Of a stretch of DNA of 64,000 bases, positions 44,737 through 55,156 are shown piece after piece. Below the pieces are notes generated by a model that was not told the origin of the DNA, did no database searches, and saw nothing but the letters and a program-made list of their open reading frames with translations. A program made the position numbers and the translations under genes. This stretch comes from a virus, in IMG/VR virus record IMGVR_UViG_3300027747_001183; one strand, given 5' to 3'. Position 1 is the stretch's first letter. Every line of letters begins with the position of its first letter.

Positions 44737-47261
44737 TAGAAAAAGTCCTCCAGTGAGCTCTGCTTAGATACACTCCAGCCAATGGCATCGAGGATGGATT
44801 TAATTGGCTCGACGAACGCCTTGTCGTACTGGGTATCGTAATCTATATATCTGTTAAGGCCGAACTCTGGGGGCATGCTGGTAGGGCAGGCAAACACGTT
44901 CTCTCGCATCGGGTTGGGCAGCTTCATGTAGCAGAACTTTATCTTGTCGCCGTCCTTGATCATCTCGTATCTGTTCTCGAGTTTCTTGTCCCTGATCATC
45001 TTGTTGTAGAGAAGAGCTGCTCGGATGTGAATGGGAAGAGACTTGTCACCGAGCTCATACTGGCTTATTCCCTTGCAACCGCGAGGGAAAGCAACTTGGT
45101 CGAACGGGAGCTTCATGAACTCTGACTTAAAGTCGCTGATGAACTCGATAACGGAGTCCTCATCTTTCTCGAGGATCACCTTCAGGCACTTCTTAATGCT
45201 CTCGCGACAAGATGCAGGAGTAGAGGAGCGCACTGCCTCGATGCCGGTGAGCTTGATCTTCGGCTCAGTGTAGGCTACACCCTCGTTATTCCAAACGCTG
45301 AGAACGCATCGCTTCTTGGCCATCCAGATCCCCTTATCGGCGATGGCCTCGCGCTTCATCTTCATCTTCTGTGAGAAGGCATTAACATATTCGCCAAGCT
45401 GTTCGTAACAGCTATCAATAAATGGTTCAACGCGATGCTCACAGAAGTGATCGATGAGCTTGACGATCTCTTGAGTTTCTCTATTCTCAAGACCGCACTG
45501 ACTGACCAGCGGGTCAAGCGTAATGTACATAGAATCCGTATCGCAAGCAATGACATAGTCTTTCTTCTCCGTCTTGAATAGCTTATTTAAGTAGACGTTC
45601 ATGTCACGCTCGATCCACTTAATCGAGAGTTGTCCGGAGAGAGTGATCGACTCAGCTATCTGGTCATCGTACCAGCGAAAGTACTTATTGGATAGAGCAC
45701 CGTAAGCTGAGTTCAACTGGATCTTCTTGGCGAGCTGCATATTGTGGTTCTGCGCGATGGCCTTCTCAGTCTCATACGACGGGCTTATCTCGTGCTGCTG
45801 CTTTGCCTCGAGCATCTTCTTCTTGTAGACGACTCGGTCGTTGTACATCTTCTCCATGAGATTTGGAAGAAAGCCATGAGTATCTTTTTGAAAGAGAACG
45901 CCGGATCCAGTGCACGTTAAGTTCTCTGACAAGAGAGACTCTCTTCTTGAGTCGAGATATCCAGACATGATCTTCTCGACTGACTCATCTGGACCGAGAT
46001 CGAAGCTGCCGTAGTAGGTCTCAGGCGAGATGTTGTACTGCATGATAAGGTGCGGGTACAGTGAGTTTAAGTCGAATGACACTACCCACTTGTGCATGCC
46101 GATTATCGGGTCCTTGACCCAGCCACCGAGAATGCTCTTGCTCTTCTTAAGAGACTTCTTCTGTGGTATGACTATGCGCTGGTCTAGAAGATAGTTGTGT
46201 ATGATGACGTCCCAGATCCTCACCGAAGTCATGGCATCTGGGTAGAGAACCTTGGCGTCGTAGGCGATGGCGTATACCTGCTCAATGAGCTTGAGCTTAT
46301 CATCGAGTTTCTTAACGAGCTCAACGTCCCTGATGTTGTACTCTATGAACTTCTGGTAGTCCTGGCGGTACAGGTCCAAGAGAGACCCGTACTCGGAGTA
46401 GTCGATCTTCTTTACGCCGAGCTCAACTTGAGAGATGTAGTCGAGCCGGTACGACTCTTGGTTAGAGAAAGAGAACTTCTTGTAGAGCTCCAAGTAATCG
46501 AGAGATGAGATGCCGTAGATATCGTAGACCTTATCAACTCTATCATCGATGCCCTTGCCACCGCGAGCAACTGACTTGCCGCGTATGATCTCGCGCTCCT
46601 CGACCATGCTCCATGGCGAGAGCTTCTTGACCATCTCATCACCGAGAAGAGACCTGATGCGGTTCACTAAGTAGGGGATGTCGAAGTGCTCGATGTTCCA
46701 ACCCGTCACGATATCTGGGTTGATAGCTCGCCAAGCGTCGAGGAACTTCAGGAGTAGCTTGAGTTCGTTCTCGCACTTGATGTACTTGATATTCTCATCA
46801 CTTGAGACGAAGTCGCCGCACCCGAGCACGACGTATAAGTCACCCGCTTGCATCGTGATGGCAGTGATCTTCTTGTCAGCGAGGTGGGGGTCCGGGAACC
46901 CCTCATCAGCTGCGACCTCGATATCGATGTTGACGGTCGTGATCGTTCTCGGATCGTAGTCGATGGCTCCGGGATACTCATCGTTCAAGAAAGTATAGAG
47001 GTAGTTCGTCATGCCGTACACGTCGAAGCCGCTGACGTTCTCGTATCTCTTAACGAAGTCCCTAGCTTCCGCGTGGCTGCTGAAGTCCACCCTCTCAACC
47101 GGAGCGCCCTTGAGAGTCCGGTAGACTGTGTTGTCGCTCTTTGAGTTCACGAAGAGGTAGGGCTTGCATGGGAGCTTGCGCTGTACGCGCTTTCCGTTCT
47201 CATAGCCGCGGAGGTGGATCTCATTTCGATATAGGAATGCAGAAGTATAAAATTTGCTCAT
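44736..47261 (-). CDS. 43: Family B DNA polymerase (T4 gp43)
   Basis: DIEV, GWNIEHFDIPY, SFDLNSLYP, KIQLNSAYG, CDTDS. Confidence 0.97.
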   Translation of the reverse strand: MSKFYTSAFLYRNEIHLRGYENGKRVQRKLPCKPYLFVNSKSDNTVYRTLKGAPVERVDFSSHAEARDFVKRYENVSGFDVYGMTNYLYTFLNDEYPGAIDYDPRTITTVNIDIEVAADEGFPDPHLADKKITAITMQAGDLYVVLGCGDFVSSDENIKYIKCENELKLLLKFLDAWRAINPDIVTGWNIEHFDIPYLVNRIRSLLGDEMVKKLSPWSMVEEREIIRGKSVARGGKGIDDRVDKVYDIYGISSLDYLELYKKFSFSNQESYRLDYISQVELGVKKIDYSEYGSLLDLYRQDYQKFIEYNIRDVELVKKLDDKLKLIEQVYAIAYDAKVLYPDAMTSVRIWDVIIHNYLLDQRIVIPQKKSLKKSKSILGGWVKDPIIGMHKWVVSFDLNSLYPHLIMQYNISPETYYGSFDLGPDESVEKIMSGYLDSRRESLLSENLTCTGSGVLFQKDTHGFLPNLMEKMYNDRVVYKKKMLEAKQQHEISPSYETEKAIAQNHNMQLAKKIQLNSAYGALSNKYFRWYDDQIAESITLSGQLSIKWIERDMNVYLNKLFKTEKKDYVIACDTDSMYITLDPLVSQCGLENRETQEIVKLIDHFCEHRVEPFIDSCYEQLGEYVNAFSQKMKMKREAIADKGIWMAKKRCVLSVWNNEGVAYTEPKIKLTGIEAVRSSTPASCRESIKKCLKVILEKDEDSVIEFISDFKSEFMKLPFDQVAFPRGCKGISQYELGDKSLPIHIRAALLYNKMIRDKKLENRYEMIKDGDKIKFCYMKLPNPMRENVFACPTSMPPEFGLNRYIDYDTQYDKAFVEPIKSILDAIGWSVSKQSSLEDFF

Positions 47262-47298
47262 AGTTCATAGTACTCCACATTCACAAAAATGTCAACAT

Positions 47299-47323
47299 AA
47301 AAAGAGGGGGAAGATCCCCCTCT
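47299..47323 (-). terminator. Intrinsic terminator
   Basis: AGAGGGGG/CCCCCTCT stem plus T tract. Confidence 0.75.
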
Positions 47324-47366
47324 GTATTACTTGCAGCCATCATTGATTATGATGAGCTCGTCTTCA

Positions 47367-47546
47367 TTATAGGGCCACATTGACTGCCCCTGAATTTTCT
47401 CTAGCGACCCTGTCAATATCGCACCTGTTGATGCCGATATCGTTTAAGTCTCGGTCTGTCAACAGAGACAACTCTCTACGAGTACGGTTGATACGCTCCT
47501 GCTGCTTCATCCAGCGGCGCGTGTCTTTTACGATCTTATTGAACAT
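47367..47546 (-). CDS. DUF1127 (YjiS-like) small protein (59 aa, not in ORF track)
   Basis: RTRRELSLLTDRDLNDIGINRCDI. Confidence 0.85.
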   Translation of the reverse strand: MFNKIVKDTRRWMKQQERINRTRRELSLLTDRDLNDIGINRCDIDRVARENSGAVNVAL

Positions 47547-48043
47547 TACTTCTTTCCTTCTGCTAAGAATGTCTTTTCAGACTTTACTTCTTCAGTCGGA
47601 TCGACGATCTCGACTTTCTTTGGCTTCTTTGACTCTGGTATGATGTTCTCAAGCCAGATCTTCAACATGCCATTGAAGAGTTCGGCGTTCTTGATCTCAA
47701 TAGTATCTGATATGTTGAATAGACGCTTGAAAGAACGGTCTGCAATACCCTTATACAGGTAGTGATTGTTCAGACCTTCTTTTTCTAGGTCACCGATGTC
47801 TGTAAACCCAGAAACTGAAAGGGTTCCATCATTGATCTCGATGTCTAGATTGTGCTTGCCAAATCCCGCTACGGCCATCTCGATCACGTACTTGTTGTCG
47901 TCTACCTTGACGATGTTGTACGGTGGATAGTTAGGGATCGACTTAGAGATTGATTGTGAGAGCTCGTTCATTCTCTTTACCATCGGCTCATAGCCGACAA
48001 AGAACTTTGCATCGAGCATGTTGAATGGGTCGAAAGTAGTCAT
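47546..48043 (-). CDS. Small heat-shock protein Hsp20/IbpA family
   Basis: YPPYNI, EMAVAGF, YKGIADRSF, NGMLKIWL..PESKKP. Confidence 0.93.
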   Translation of the reverse strand: MTTFDPFNMLDAKFFVGYEPMVKRMNELSQSISKSIPNYPPYNIVKVDDNKYVIEMAVAGFGKHNLDIEINDGTLSVSGFTDIGDLEKEGLNNHYLYKGIADRSFKRLFNISDTIEIKNAELFNGMLKIWLENIIPESKKPKKVEIVDPTEEVKSEKTFLAEGKK

Positions 48044-48103
48044 GTAGTCCTCCTAGTTATAGCAAGGTTTGTAGGTATGTCGTACCGTTATGGCTACGAC
48101 ATT
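48044..48103 (-). promoter_or_regulatory. ROSE-like RNA thermometer in hsp20 5' UTR
   Basis: Hairpin ATGTCGTA/TACGACAT, then CCTTGCT-ataact-AGGAGG (UUGCU opposite the SD). Confidence 0.7.
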
Positions 48104-48197
48104 ATTATATATAGTACTTTCTGCTAGAAATGTCAACAGTTATTGTATACCAGCTATTCAGATATAAATAGAAGATCCTAATGGGCCTCTGCGTCAG

Positions 48198-48314
48198 ATG
48201 TATAAGATCATTGAGTGGCATACGCGTCGGGGTAAGAGGCTGTACAGCGTCTACCTCAACGGTAAGCTGATCATTATTACTGGACAGAAGTATGTAGCAG
48301 AAAGCTATAAATAA
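48198..48314 (+). CDS. Small late protein (38 aa, not in ORF track)
   Basis: MYKIIEWHTRRGKRLY...; TATAAATA at 48163-48170. Confidence 0.45.
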   Translation: MYKIIEWHTRRGKRLYSVYLNGKLIIITGQKYVAESYK

Positions 48315-48378
48315 TAAGAATTGATCTTTGACGTTAACCTTTTTGAAATGTTTTGTAATATCAAAAAGGAACTAATCA

Positions 48379-48876
48379 ATGATGGATCCAAAATCAGCAG
48401 CAAAGTTCGGCAACGCCCTTGGTAAGGGTCTCAGCGACCAGGTGTTCGGCATCGTCGACGACGTGCGCAATGCTAAGAACGTCAAGGCTGCCAACAACCA
48501 GAGAATAATTAATCAGAACAAGATTACCGAGATCAATAATCAGGTAGTCAAGAACAACAATGCCCTGCGTGAGCAGGCAATGCGAGAGATAGCTGCAGAG
48601 CAGGAAGCAGACATGATATCTCGCATGTCACCTGCTCAGCGCAAGGCTTTCTACGAGGCGAGGAATGCCGCTGCCCATGAGGCACACATGGCAAAGGTGA
48701 GAGCCGAGAGAAAGAGAGAAGAGTTCTGGGAAGCTTTCTGGGCGCTCTTTACCATATTCATAGTCTTACCATTCATTGTATGGATTGGTCTGATGATCTG
48801 GGGAATTTCTGACGTCATGGCCTGCTACAGCATGAAAGGAATAGTTCCCTTAATGAAGGCGCTGTGTGGAAGATGA
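48379..48876 (+). CDS. Coiled-coil membrane protein
   Basis: C-terminal TM helix; TATAAATA at 48306-48313. Confidence 0.65.
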   Translation: MMDPKSAAKFGNALGKGLSDQVFGIVDDVRNAKNVKAANNQRIINQNKITEINNQVVKNNNALREQAMREIAAEQEADMISRMSPAQRKAFYEARNAAAHEAHMAKVRAERKREEFWEAFWALFTIFIVLPFIVWIGLMIWGISDVMACYSMKGIVPLMKALCGR

Positions 48877-49139
48877 AGAAGCATCACGAGACCAAGGATG
48901 ACGAGCATCCTTGGTTGAATGGGTTTGAAAAGAAGCACGGAAACGAGAAGATAGATATACTAAAGAAGAGGATCAAGGAGCTCGACAACCTAGTCGGTAC
49001 TGCATCTGTGATCATCGTCTGTCAGCTAATACTGTTTCTAGGTCTGATTATCGGCTTAGTATTTTCAGGTGCAGTCTCAGTAAGTTCAGACGCTGCCAGC
49101 AGTATGATAGGATTCGTGAAGTCAAACTTTAAGAAGTGA
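48864..49139 (+). CDS. Membrane protein
   Basis: TM helix. Confidence 0.55.
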   Translation: MWKMKKHHETKDDEHPWLNGFEKKHGNEKIDILKKRIKELDNLVGTASVIIVCQLILFLGLIIGLVFSGAVSVSSDAASSMIGFVKSNFKK

Positions 49140-49146
49140 TTTTTTA

Positions 49147-50436
49147 ATGACAGAAGTTTTTTGTCCACTACCATGGTATCATCTCGCTACTAAAGCAAAC
49201 GGCGATCTAAGAATCTGCTGTCAGTCTAATCAAGGACCGACAAGAGGTATTCTTAAGAACGAGAGCGGCGATACGTACAATCTAAATAAACACGGAATTA
49301 TGGATTCTAGAAACGCACCTCTAGCTAAAGAAGTGCGCGCAGCGATGCTCAATGGTATTAAGCACCCAGAGTGCTCTAGGTGTTGGAAAGAAGAGAGCAG
49401 TGGAATACGTAGCAAAAGAATAGGCTCAATCGAGCTTCATAGCATGTATGACTCATACGGCGAAGCTATTCAGGTTACTCAGCCAGATGGTACAATACCG
49501 CAAGACTTTCCATATAGAGACTACGATCTTAGATTTGGAAACTTATGCAACTTAAAGTGTAGAATGTGCGGACCGACTGAAAGTTCAATGTGGTATGACG
49601 ACTACTTTGAACAGCACGGTAAAAAGTTCGATGATACGGGTTATAGATGGCACGAGAGACCGGAGATATGGAGAGACTTAGAATCTCAGATGGAATATTC
49701 AGAGTACGTCTATATTATTGGAGGCGAGCCTACTCTAATACAGAAGCATTTTGAATTTTTAGAGAAGTGTATTAAGAACGATCACTCTAAACGCATGAGA
49801 CTTGAGTACGCATCTAACATAACTAACATTCATCAAAAGTACTTTGATATATGGAGTCAGTTCAAGAAAGTACATATAGCGTGCTCAATAGACGGTGTTG
49901 GAGCGGTGAATGACTACATACGATTTCCAAGTAAGTGGAAAGTCATTGAAAAAAACTTAGAGAAGCTAGTAGCATATTCGTCTAAGAAAATAAGAATTAC
50001 GATATCACTTACGGTGAACGCCTATAACGTGTACTATCTAGACGACGTATATAAGTGGAATCTTCAGAACCTAGAATGTAAGATTAATCCACACCCTCTC
50101 CATGGCCCGCGACTAATGAGCACAAAGATATTTCCTAAATACATTAAAGATGATATAGCTAAGAAGATAAGGTCTCTTTATCAGTGGATGAAAAATAACG
50201 GTCATGGTGATAAAGTGGAGAATATATCAAGACAAATAGAAAGTCATATACACTTTATGATGAGTGAAGATCTGTCTCAACTCATGCCAGAATTCTGGAA
50301 AGAGACAGACAAACTAGATGCAATTAGGAGACAGAATATATCAAATTCTCTCCCAGAGCTCTATGATTTGATAAAAGATACTCGAAATTTATTAAACATA
50401 GGAGACTACAATGGCATCAAAGAGCCTTCAGCCTGA
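49147..50436 (+). CDS. Radical SAM protein with N-terminal Twitch-like domain
   Basis: CPLPW..RICC..CSRC; DLRFGNLCNLKCRMC; IGGEPT. Confidence 0.9.
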   Translation: MTEVFCPLPWYHLATKANGDLRICCQSNQGPTRGILKNESGDTYNLNKHGIMDSRNAPLAKEVRAAMLNGIKHPECSRCWKEESSGIRSKRIGSIELHSMYDSYGEAIQVTQPDGTIPQDFPYRDYDLRFGNLCNLKCRMCGPTESSMWYDDYFEQHGKKFDDTGYRWHERPEIWRDLESQMEYSEYVYIIGGEPTLIQKHFEFLEKCIKNDHSKRMRLEYASNITNIHQKYFDIWSQFKKVHIACSIDGVGAVNDYIRFPSKWKVIEKNLEKLVAYSSKKIRITISLTVNAYNVYYLDDVYKWNLQNLECKINPHPLHGPRLMSTKIFPKYIKDDIAKKIRSLYQWMKNNGHGDKVENISRQIESHIHFMMSEDLSQLMPEFWKETDKLDAIRRQNISNSLPELYDLIKDTRNLLNIGDYNGIKEPSA

Positions 50437-50728
50437 CTCAAAATACAATAAGTTTGACATAGACCACGACGGCGTAGTGACGGACGATGAGATGAAGAAA
50501 GTGGAGGAGATGATTGAGTTTGAGAACAAAGACAAGAAAGAAGACCAGCTGCGTCAGATGGCTTGGATGGCTATGGGCAGCATGGTACTGTTTACTGGTA
50601 TTCTGTTCTCACCTATCGTCGACGTCGCTAGGATAACTGCTCTCGGCAGCATTCTGCAGATGTTCTACATCGCACAGGCGGGAGTAGTTGCAACTTTCTT
50701 TGGCGCCAATGCGTACTTAAGTAAGTAA
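50411..50728 (+). CDS. EF-hand-like two-TM membrane protein
   Basis: DIDHDGVVTDDE followed by two hydrophobic helices. Confidence 0.65.
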   Translation: MASKSLQPDSKYNKFDIDHDGVVTDDEMKKVEEMIEFENKDKKEDQLRQMAWMAMGSMVLFTGILFSPIVDVARITALGSILQMFYIAQAGVVATFFGANAYLSK

Positions 50729-51772
50729 TTACCTTAAGAACTGGTCTTCGAAGTGGTCATGCTCTACTGAGCAAGTCTTTGCACACATTCGCAGTTTTCC
50801 TTCTGCGAGTGACGGCGCGCTCCATGACTTCTCAATCTTATCAAAGAATCCGCTCTCGAAGACGCCGTTTATACCGTGCACCTTTGCATCTATATCTGAT
50901 TTATCACTTATTATGTGCTTAAACAGGTGACTGTCTTTATATTTTGATACTTCGGGATCATACATCTCGGAGCCACCTATCCAGCAGCAAGGTACCACTA
51001 GCCCTTCTGCACTAACGTACATTGAATTCTGCTTAACGACCCTGCACCCAATCTCAGTCTTATCTAAGAACTTATCCCAGCCCCCAAACTTCTGCTTAGC
51101 GCGCTCTCTAAAGTCGTTTACGTCGTGTACGTATTCTTTCTTTTCCGGCTGAGATAGGTGTTTATATACTGACATGCCGTTCTGCCAGCGCGATGTACGC
51201 TTTGGTATAAAAGCCTTGAACCCTAGCTTCTTAGCCAGTGCTCGAGCTTCTTCTACCTGATGCTCGTTGTGCTTGAACACTAGAAAGTGCCACTCGGCTT
51301 GGCCGCCAGCACCTATGAAAGACTCCATCGCATTCATTACCCTGTCCCACTGGACGTTTTCTCTGTAGATATGGTTCGTATCTTCCAGTCCATCGACCGA
51401 GAAGGTAACTCGACCTTCATACAGCACCGATGCTAGGTCTCTCCACCACTCTGAGCTGCGCGCTCCTCCGTTGGTGAACATGCTCAGCTTCATAGATAGA
51501 TTAGTATACCTAAAATACTCAAACACTTCAAGCGTGTCTCTAGCCATTATAGGATCGCCGAAGTTTCCACACATGTACATGGCATGGAGCTGCTTGATAA
51601 AGTCTTTCTCAAAGATGTTCTTGCAGTCTTCTAGAGAAAGCTCAGCGTTCGTTAGGTGGTGCATTAGCTTTCCGCTACCGCTGCTGTCGTGTCTAGGACA
51701 CATGGCGCAGCCGGCCTGACACTTCTCAGTTATCTCTAGGTGTACCTTGCGTATATCCCTGTACTTATACAT
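50729..51772 (-). CDS. Radical SAM/SPASM protein
   Basis: HLEITEKCQAGCAMC, GNFGDP, TNGG, VPCCW, CAKTC. Confidence 0.9.
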   Translation of the reverse strand: MYKYRDIRKVHLEITEKCQAGCAMCPRHDSSGSGKLMHHLTNAELSLEDCKNIFEKDFIKQLHAMYMCGNFGDPIMARDTLEVFEYFRYTNLSMKLSMFTNGGARSSEWWRDLASVLYEGRVTFSVDGLEDTNHIYRENVQWDRVMNAMESFIGAGGQAEWHFLVFKHNEHQVEEARALAKKLGFKAFIPKRTSRWQNGMSVYKHLSQPEKKEYVHDVNDFRERAKQKFGGWDKFLDKTEIGCRVVKQNSMYVSAEGLVVPCCWIGGSEMYDPEVSKYKDSHLFKHIISDKSDIDAKVHGINGVFESGFFDKIEKSWSAPSLAEGKLRMCAKTCSVEHDHFEDQFLR

Positions 51773-51987
51773 CAGATGGTCGTCGGTGACTTCATCGGAT
51801 CGTAAGGGTCGATCTTCTCTATGCGGCTGAGAGCGTCTTTCTCGTAGCGAAGAACTTGATACCATCCGAGGAAGGCAGTAAAGTCTGCAAACATGGCCGA
51901 GTAGTTCTGGTTGAAGATCTCAATGATAAAAGAAACCGCGACTACTGCTAGGATCGCGTACGAGAGCTTAATAAAGGTATGTATCAT
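51772..51987 (-). CDS. Small membrane protein
   Basis: Two hydrophobic segments. Confidence 0.55.
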   Translation of the reverse strand: MIHTFIKLSYAILAVVAVSFIIEIFNQNYSAMFADFTAFLGWYQVLRYEKDALSRIEKIDPYDPMKSPTTI

Positions 51988-52187
51988 GCCGCCCTCACTT
52001 TAAAGTTAAAGAATTTTCCATCGCGGTTGAGCTTTGAGACTGCATCTACCCAGTCTCTCGCATCGCGCTCGTCGATGAAGTGTAGACGATCCTTGACCGT
52101 CAGACCATTCAGACGACCCTTCTTGATGAGCTTTTCAAACTCAACTACGTACTTGTATGAACCAGGGTATACAGACATTCCATTCAC
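51984..52187 (-). CDS. Early hypothetical protein
   Basis: Preceded by TTGACA-16-TATAAT; ends KVRAA. Confidence 0.65.
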   Translation of the reverse strand: MNGMSVYPGSYKYVVEFEKLIKKGRLNGLTVKDRLHFIDERDARDWVDAVSKLNRDGKFFNFKVRAA

Positions 52188-52241
52188 TCCACTGCTATAG
52201 ACTAATTATACACTATTCTACAGACTTGTCAACAAGAGAAT

Positions 52242-52317
52242 TGGTGGGGGATGAGGGACTCGAACCCCCGATCAGACCGTTATGAGCAGCCGGCTTTTGC
52301 CACTAAGCTAATCCCCC
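52242..52317 (-). tRNA. tRNA with CAT anticodon (Ile2 or elongator Met)
   Basis: GGCTG-CT-CAT-AA-CGGTC; G1:C72; CCA. Confidence 0.85.
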
Positions 52318-52324
52318 GAATTTA

Positions 52325-53969
52325 TTATTTCTTAGTCCGCAGTGGGAACGTAGCCATGTAGGACTCGAACTCCTCGTGGACCATGAAGTACTCGATTACC
52401 CGCTCAAAGCTCGCGAGCGTATGCTCGAATTCTTCCTTGGTATCATATACCAAGACGTCTTTTGCGTAGTCTTGCAGTAGACCCTCGTAGCAGTACTTTA
52501 GTTCCTGCAGGACGATCGCGTCTACCTGCTCGTATTCCATATCGAACGTTACCTTTGGCATATATCACCTCTTAATGTAGCAGACCCATTCTTTGTCGCC
52601 GATCTTGTACCGAGCATAGGAGTTCTTGTCCATGTCGGCACACCGGCCCTGATCCATGGAGAGGATAGCTCTAAATTCGTTGCGTGCACCAATATAGACA
52701 CCATCCACACCATCGTCTCTCTTAGCAAACTGACACGTCTCATGTCGTACCCATGCTGTATTATCCCACTGCACTGCTAGGTAGTCGCAGCTGACTGGCA
52801 TTCCTTATTTATGGACTCTGCCTGCATCTTGACGTTCTCTTTTACCTGCTCAAGATAAGACTGCTTCCAAGTATCTGCTTGTACTTTCAGGATATCAAGC
52901 TCACGCTTTACCCTACTAAGTTCATTAGCAAGAGAACATAACTTTGTCTCAGTTCTTCCTGCAAGTGTGTACAAATACATGTGAATACCACTAATAGGAT
53001 CACTCTTTGACCATTCATTGAATAGCTCATCACATAGATGTTTTACTTCTTCATCCATCACTCTACTCCAAAATATTTCTTTATATCATCACGAATCTGT
53101 TGAGCAGTGCCATCAATCGTAGCATGAGCATCACACGATTCCAAGCATTCACGCACAATCAACTTGGCAAACTTCTCGACATCTTCTTGTTCGGCATGGC
53201 CATTAATGAAGTAGTGTCTAGGTGTTTCATGATCTACATAGTTCAACAACCCAGCATCAAGTGCGAGTTTTATAAATCTATCGTTCATCACTCTACTCCC
53301 TTGATGGTTAGTGTGGCTTCTCTGAGGCGGTATTCATTGTCTAACTCCTTGATTAGGTCGCGTATGAACTGACGCCAGTGCTCTTTCTGATCTTCATTGT
53401 AGTGGGTGGCCCACTTGCCACCGTTGTTACCCAGAGCAACTCGAATAGCAAACTCCTCGATCTTATCGTCGCTCATCACGCCACCTTCCATGTATACTCA
53501 TCCTGCGTCATGACAGTCTCCCTGCCGTCGTACTCGTCGATGCGGTACAGAGTCCCCTCTGGGATCTCGCGTATATACAGGTCAGAGAAAGCACTGTCTG
53601 CCTCCTCACCCAGCTCCTCGACTACCTGCACCAAGATAGGGTCTGCACGATCTTCCTCCAGATCATACCGAGTAAAGGCGTCGTGCACTGGCAGTCCCTT
53701 GAGCTCCCAGTAGCGAGCGACTGCCTTGTCAGACAGCCCAAAGCCGCCGTAGCAGCCGTTGTATACGATCTTAGTCATCACTTCCCTCCAAACAAGTTCT
53801 TGCCCTCGATGCAGATCGTGTGGTCGATATAGACACCACCCAGAGTCTCACACGCAAACTTTAAGCTGGCGCTGCGCTGATAGTCGTCATAGACTAATAA
53901 ACCCATCAGCAAGAAGGGGCCTACCATTACCAACGGCATTAGTACGTAGTCAACTATGATCTTCTTCAT
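52325..53969 (-). other. Run of seven small early hypothetical ORFs (52325, 52565, 52777, 53058, 53288, 53476, 53778)
   Basis: Contiguous or overlapping minus-strand ORFs downstream of a cassette promoter. Confidence 0.6.
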
Positions 53970-53970
53970 C

Positions 53971-54903
53971 TCAGGCCCCCGCAAATTCGAGGGCCTTCTG
54001 GAGCGCCTGCACCTTGCGGTTGCGATTGCCGCCGAACCAAGCCGACTGAAGCCGAGTATCTGCACTGTGGCCTAGAATGTGGTCAGTGGTATACGTGACC
54101 GCATTGAATGCCTGCCACCACGTACCCCTGCCGAACTCTGCACCCGGCTGTGTCTCGAGCACCTCGAACGCCTGAGTCGCAGGGCGCGAGAGGATGTCGT
54201 TGTCCTTCTTCGTCATCGCTGGGAAGATGGTGCGCAGGTAGTCCACGACGGTGTCGGCAGTGAAGTTCTTGCTCGAGAGGAACTCAGCGGCCTCTTGATA
54301 GGTGCCGAGAGACTTACGAGCGATGCCGAGAGTGCGCTTGACCATCTCAGGGTTGAACTCACGACGGTGGTTGAGTCGCACCATCATGTCGAACTGGCCA
54401 GCCAGCGAGAGAGTCAGCGTGTTGTTGCAGACCACTCGGATGGCGGTGAAGCGGATGTCGATGCACTTGCCGTACTGGTGCGGGTTGGAGAAGAGGAGGT
54501 AGGGCTCTACGCGGTCCTCGCCTAGGATGGTAAAGGAGTCCTTCACCTTCGCGAGTGCCCAGATGTTGGTGCCGCCCTTGAGTGAGCCGGCAGTGTGCAT
54601 CTCCATGTCGCCTTCCATGACGAACTCGTTGAAGAACTCAAATGCCTCGTGGTTCTGCACTGGGTTCCAGTCTTCAGAGACCATCGTGAGGATCTTGTTG
54701 TCGGACGAGCGGACGAGAGCCTGAGAGGGAGTAGGTACTTTCTCGCCGGCTACCTCGACGAATGTCTGGTACTTGTCGACCGTCCAGTCGAGTCCAGCCT
54801 TCTCAAGCATCTGGGCCGGTGTGAGGTCGTTGTGGACGGGAACTCCGAGGCCGTGCCAAGGGGTCTCGCCTGCGTATGCCATAGTCTCAACTTCGTGTGC
54901 CAT
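53971..54903 (-). CDS. DUF932 / LGT_TIGR03299-like protein
   Basis: MAYAGETPWHGLG, PVQN, TAGSL, IRVVCNNTL, GTWWQAFNAVT. Confidence 0.85.
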   Translation of the reverse strand: MAHEVETMAYAGETPWHGLGVPVHNDLTPAQMLEKAGLDWTVDKYQTFVEVAGEKVPTPSQALVRSSDNKILTMVSEDWNPVQNHEAFEFFNEFVMEGDMEMHTAGSLKGGTNIWALAKVKDSFTILGEDRVEPYLLFSNPHQYGKCIDIRFTAIRVVCNNTLTLSLAGQFDMMVRLNHRREFNPEMVKRTLGIARKSLGTYQEAAEFLSSKNFTADTVVDYLRTIFPAMTKKDNDILSRPATQAFEVLETQPGAEFGRGTWWQAFNAVTYTTDHILGHSADTRLQSAWFGGNRNRKVQALQKALEFAGA

Positions 54904-54904
54904 T

Positions 54905-54967
54905 GTGTATCTCCGTTTGGTTTAGCTTGTATTCTGATATTAGTACTTTTTTCAAAAAATGTCAACC
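54905..54967 (-). promoter_or_regulatory. Early-promoter cassette (TTGACA variant)
   Basis: TTGACA..TAATAT..AAGCTAAACCAAA..GGAG; similar to 55470-55527. Confidence 0.7.
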
Positions 54968-55156
54968 GTTGTTTTCAACTGGCTGAGAAAAAAGTACAGT
55001 CTCGTGGATCTGAAAGTCGCTCTTGCCGTACTCGACATTGTGTCGGCCGTACTCGTGAGCGCCGGCCCACGAGTCAAACACCATCGGCTTTCCGATCATG
55101 CGACCAGTCGTACCATCGTGGTTGACTTTATGAAACGTGAGGACGAAGTAGCTCAT
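54962..55156 (-). CDS. Early hypothetical protein
   Basis: Start MSYFVL; ATGA overlap. Confidence 0.5.
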   Translation of the reverse strand: MSYFVLTFHKVNHDGTTGRMIGKPMVFDSWAGAHEYGRHNVEYGKSDFQIHETVLFSQPVENNG

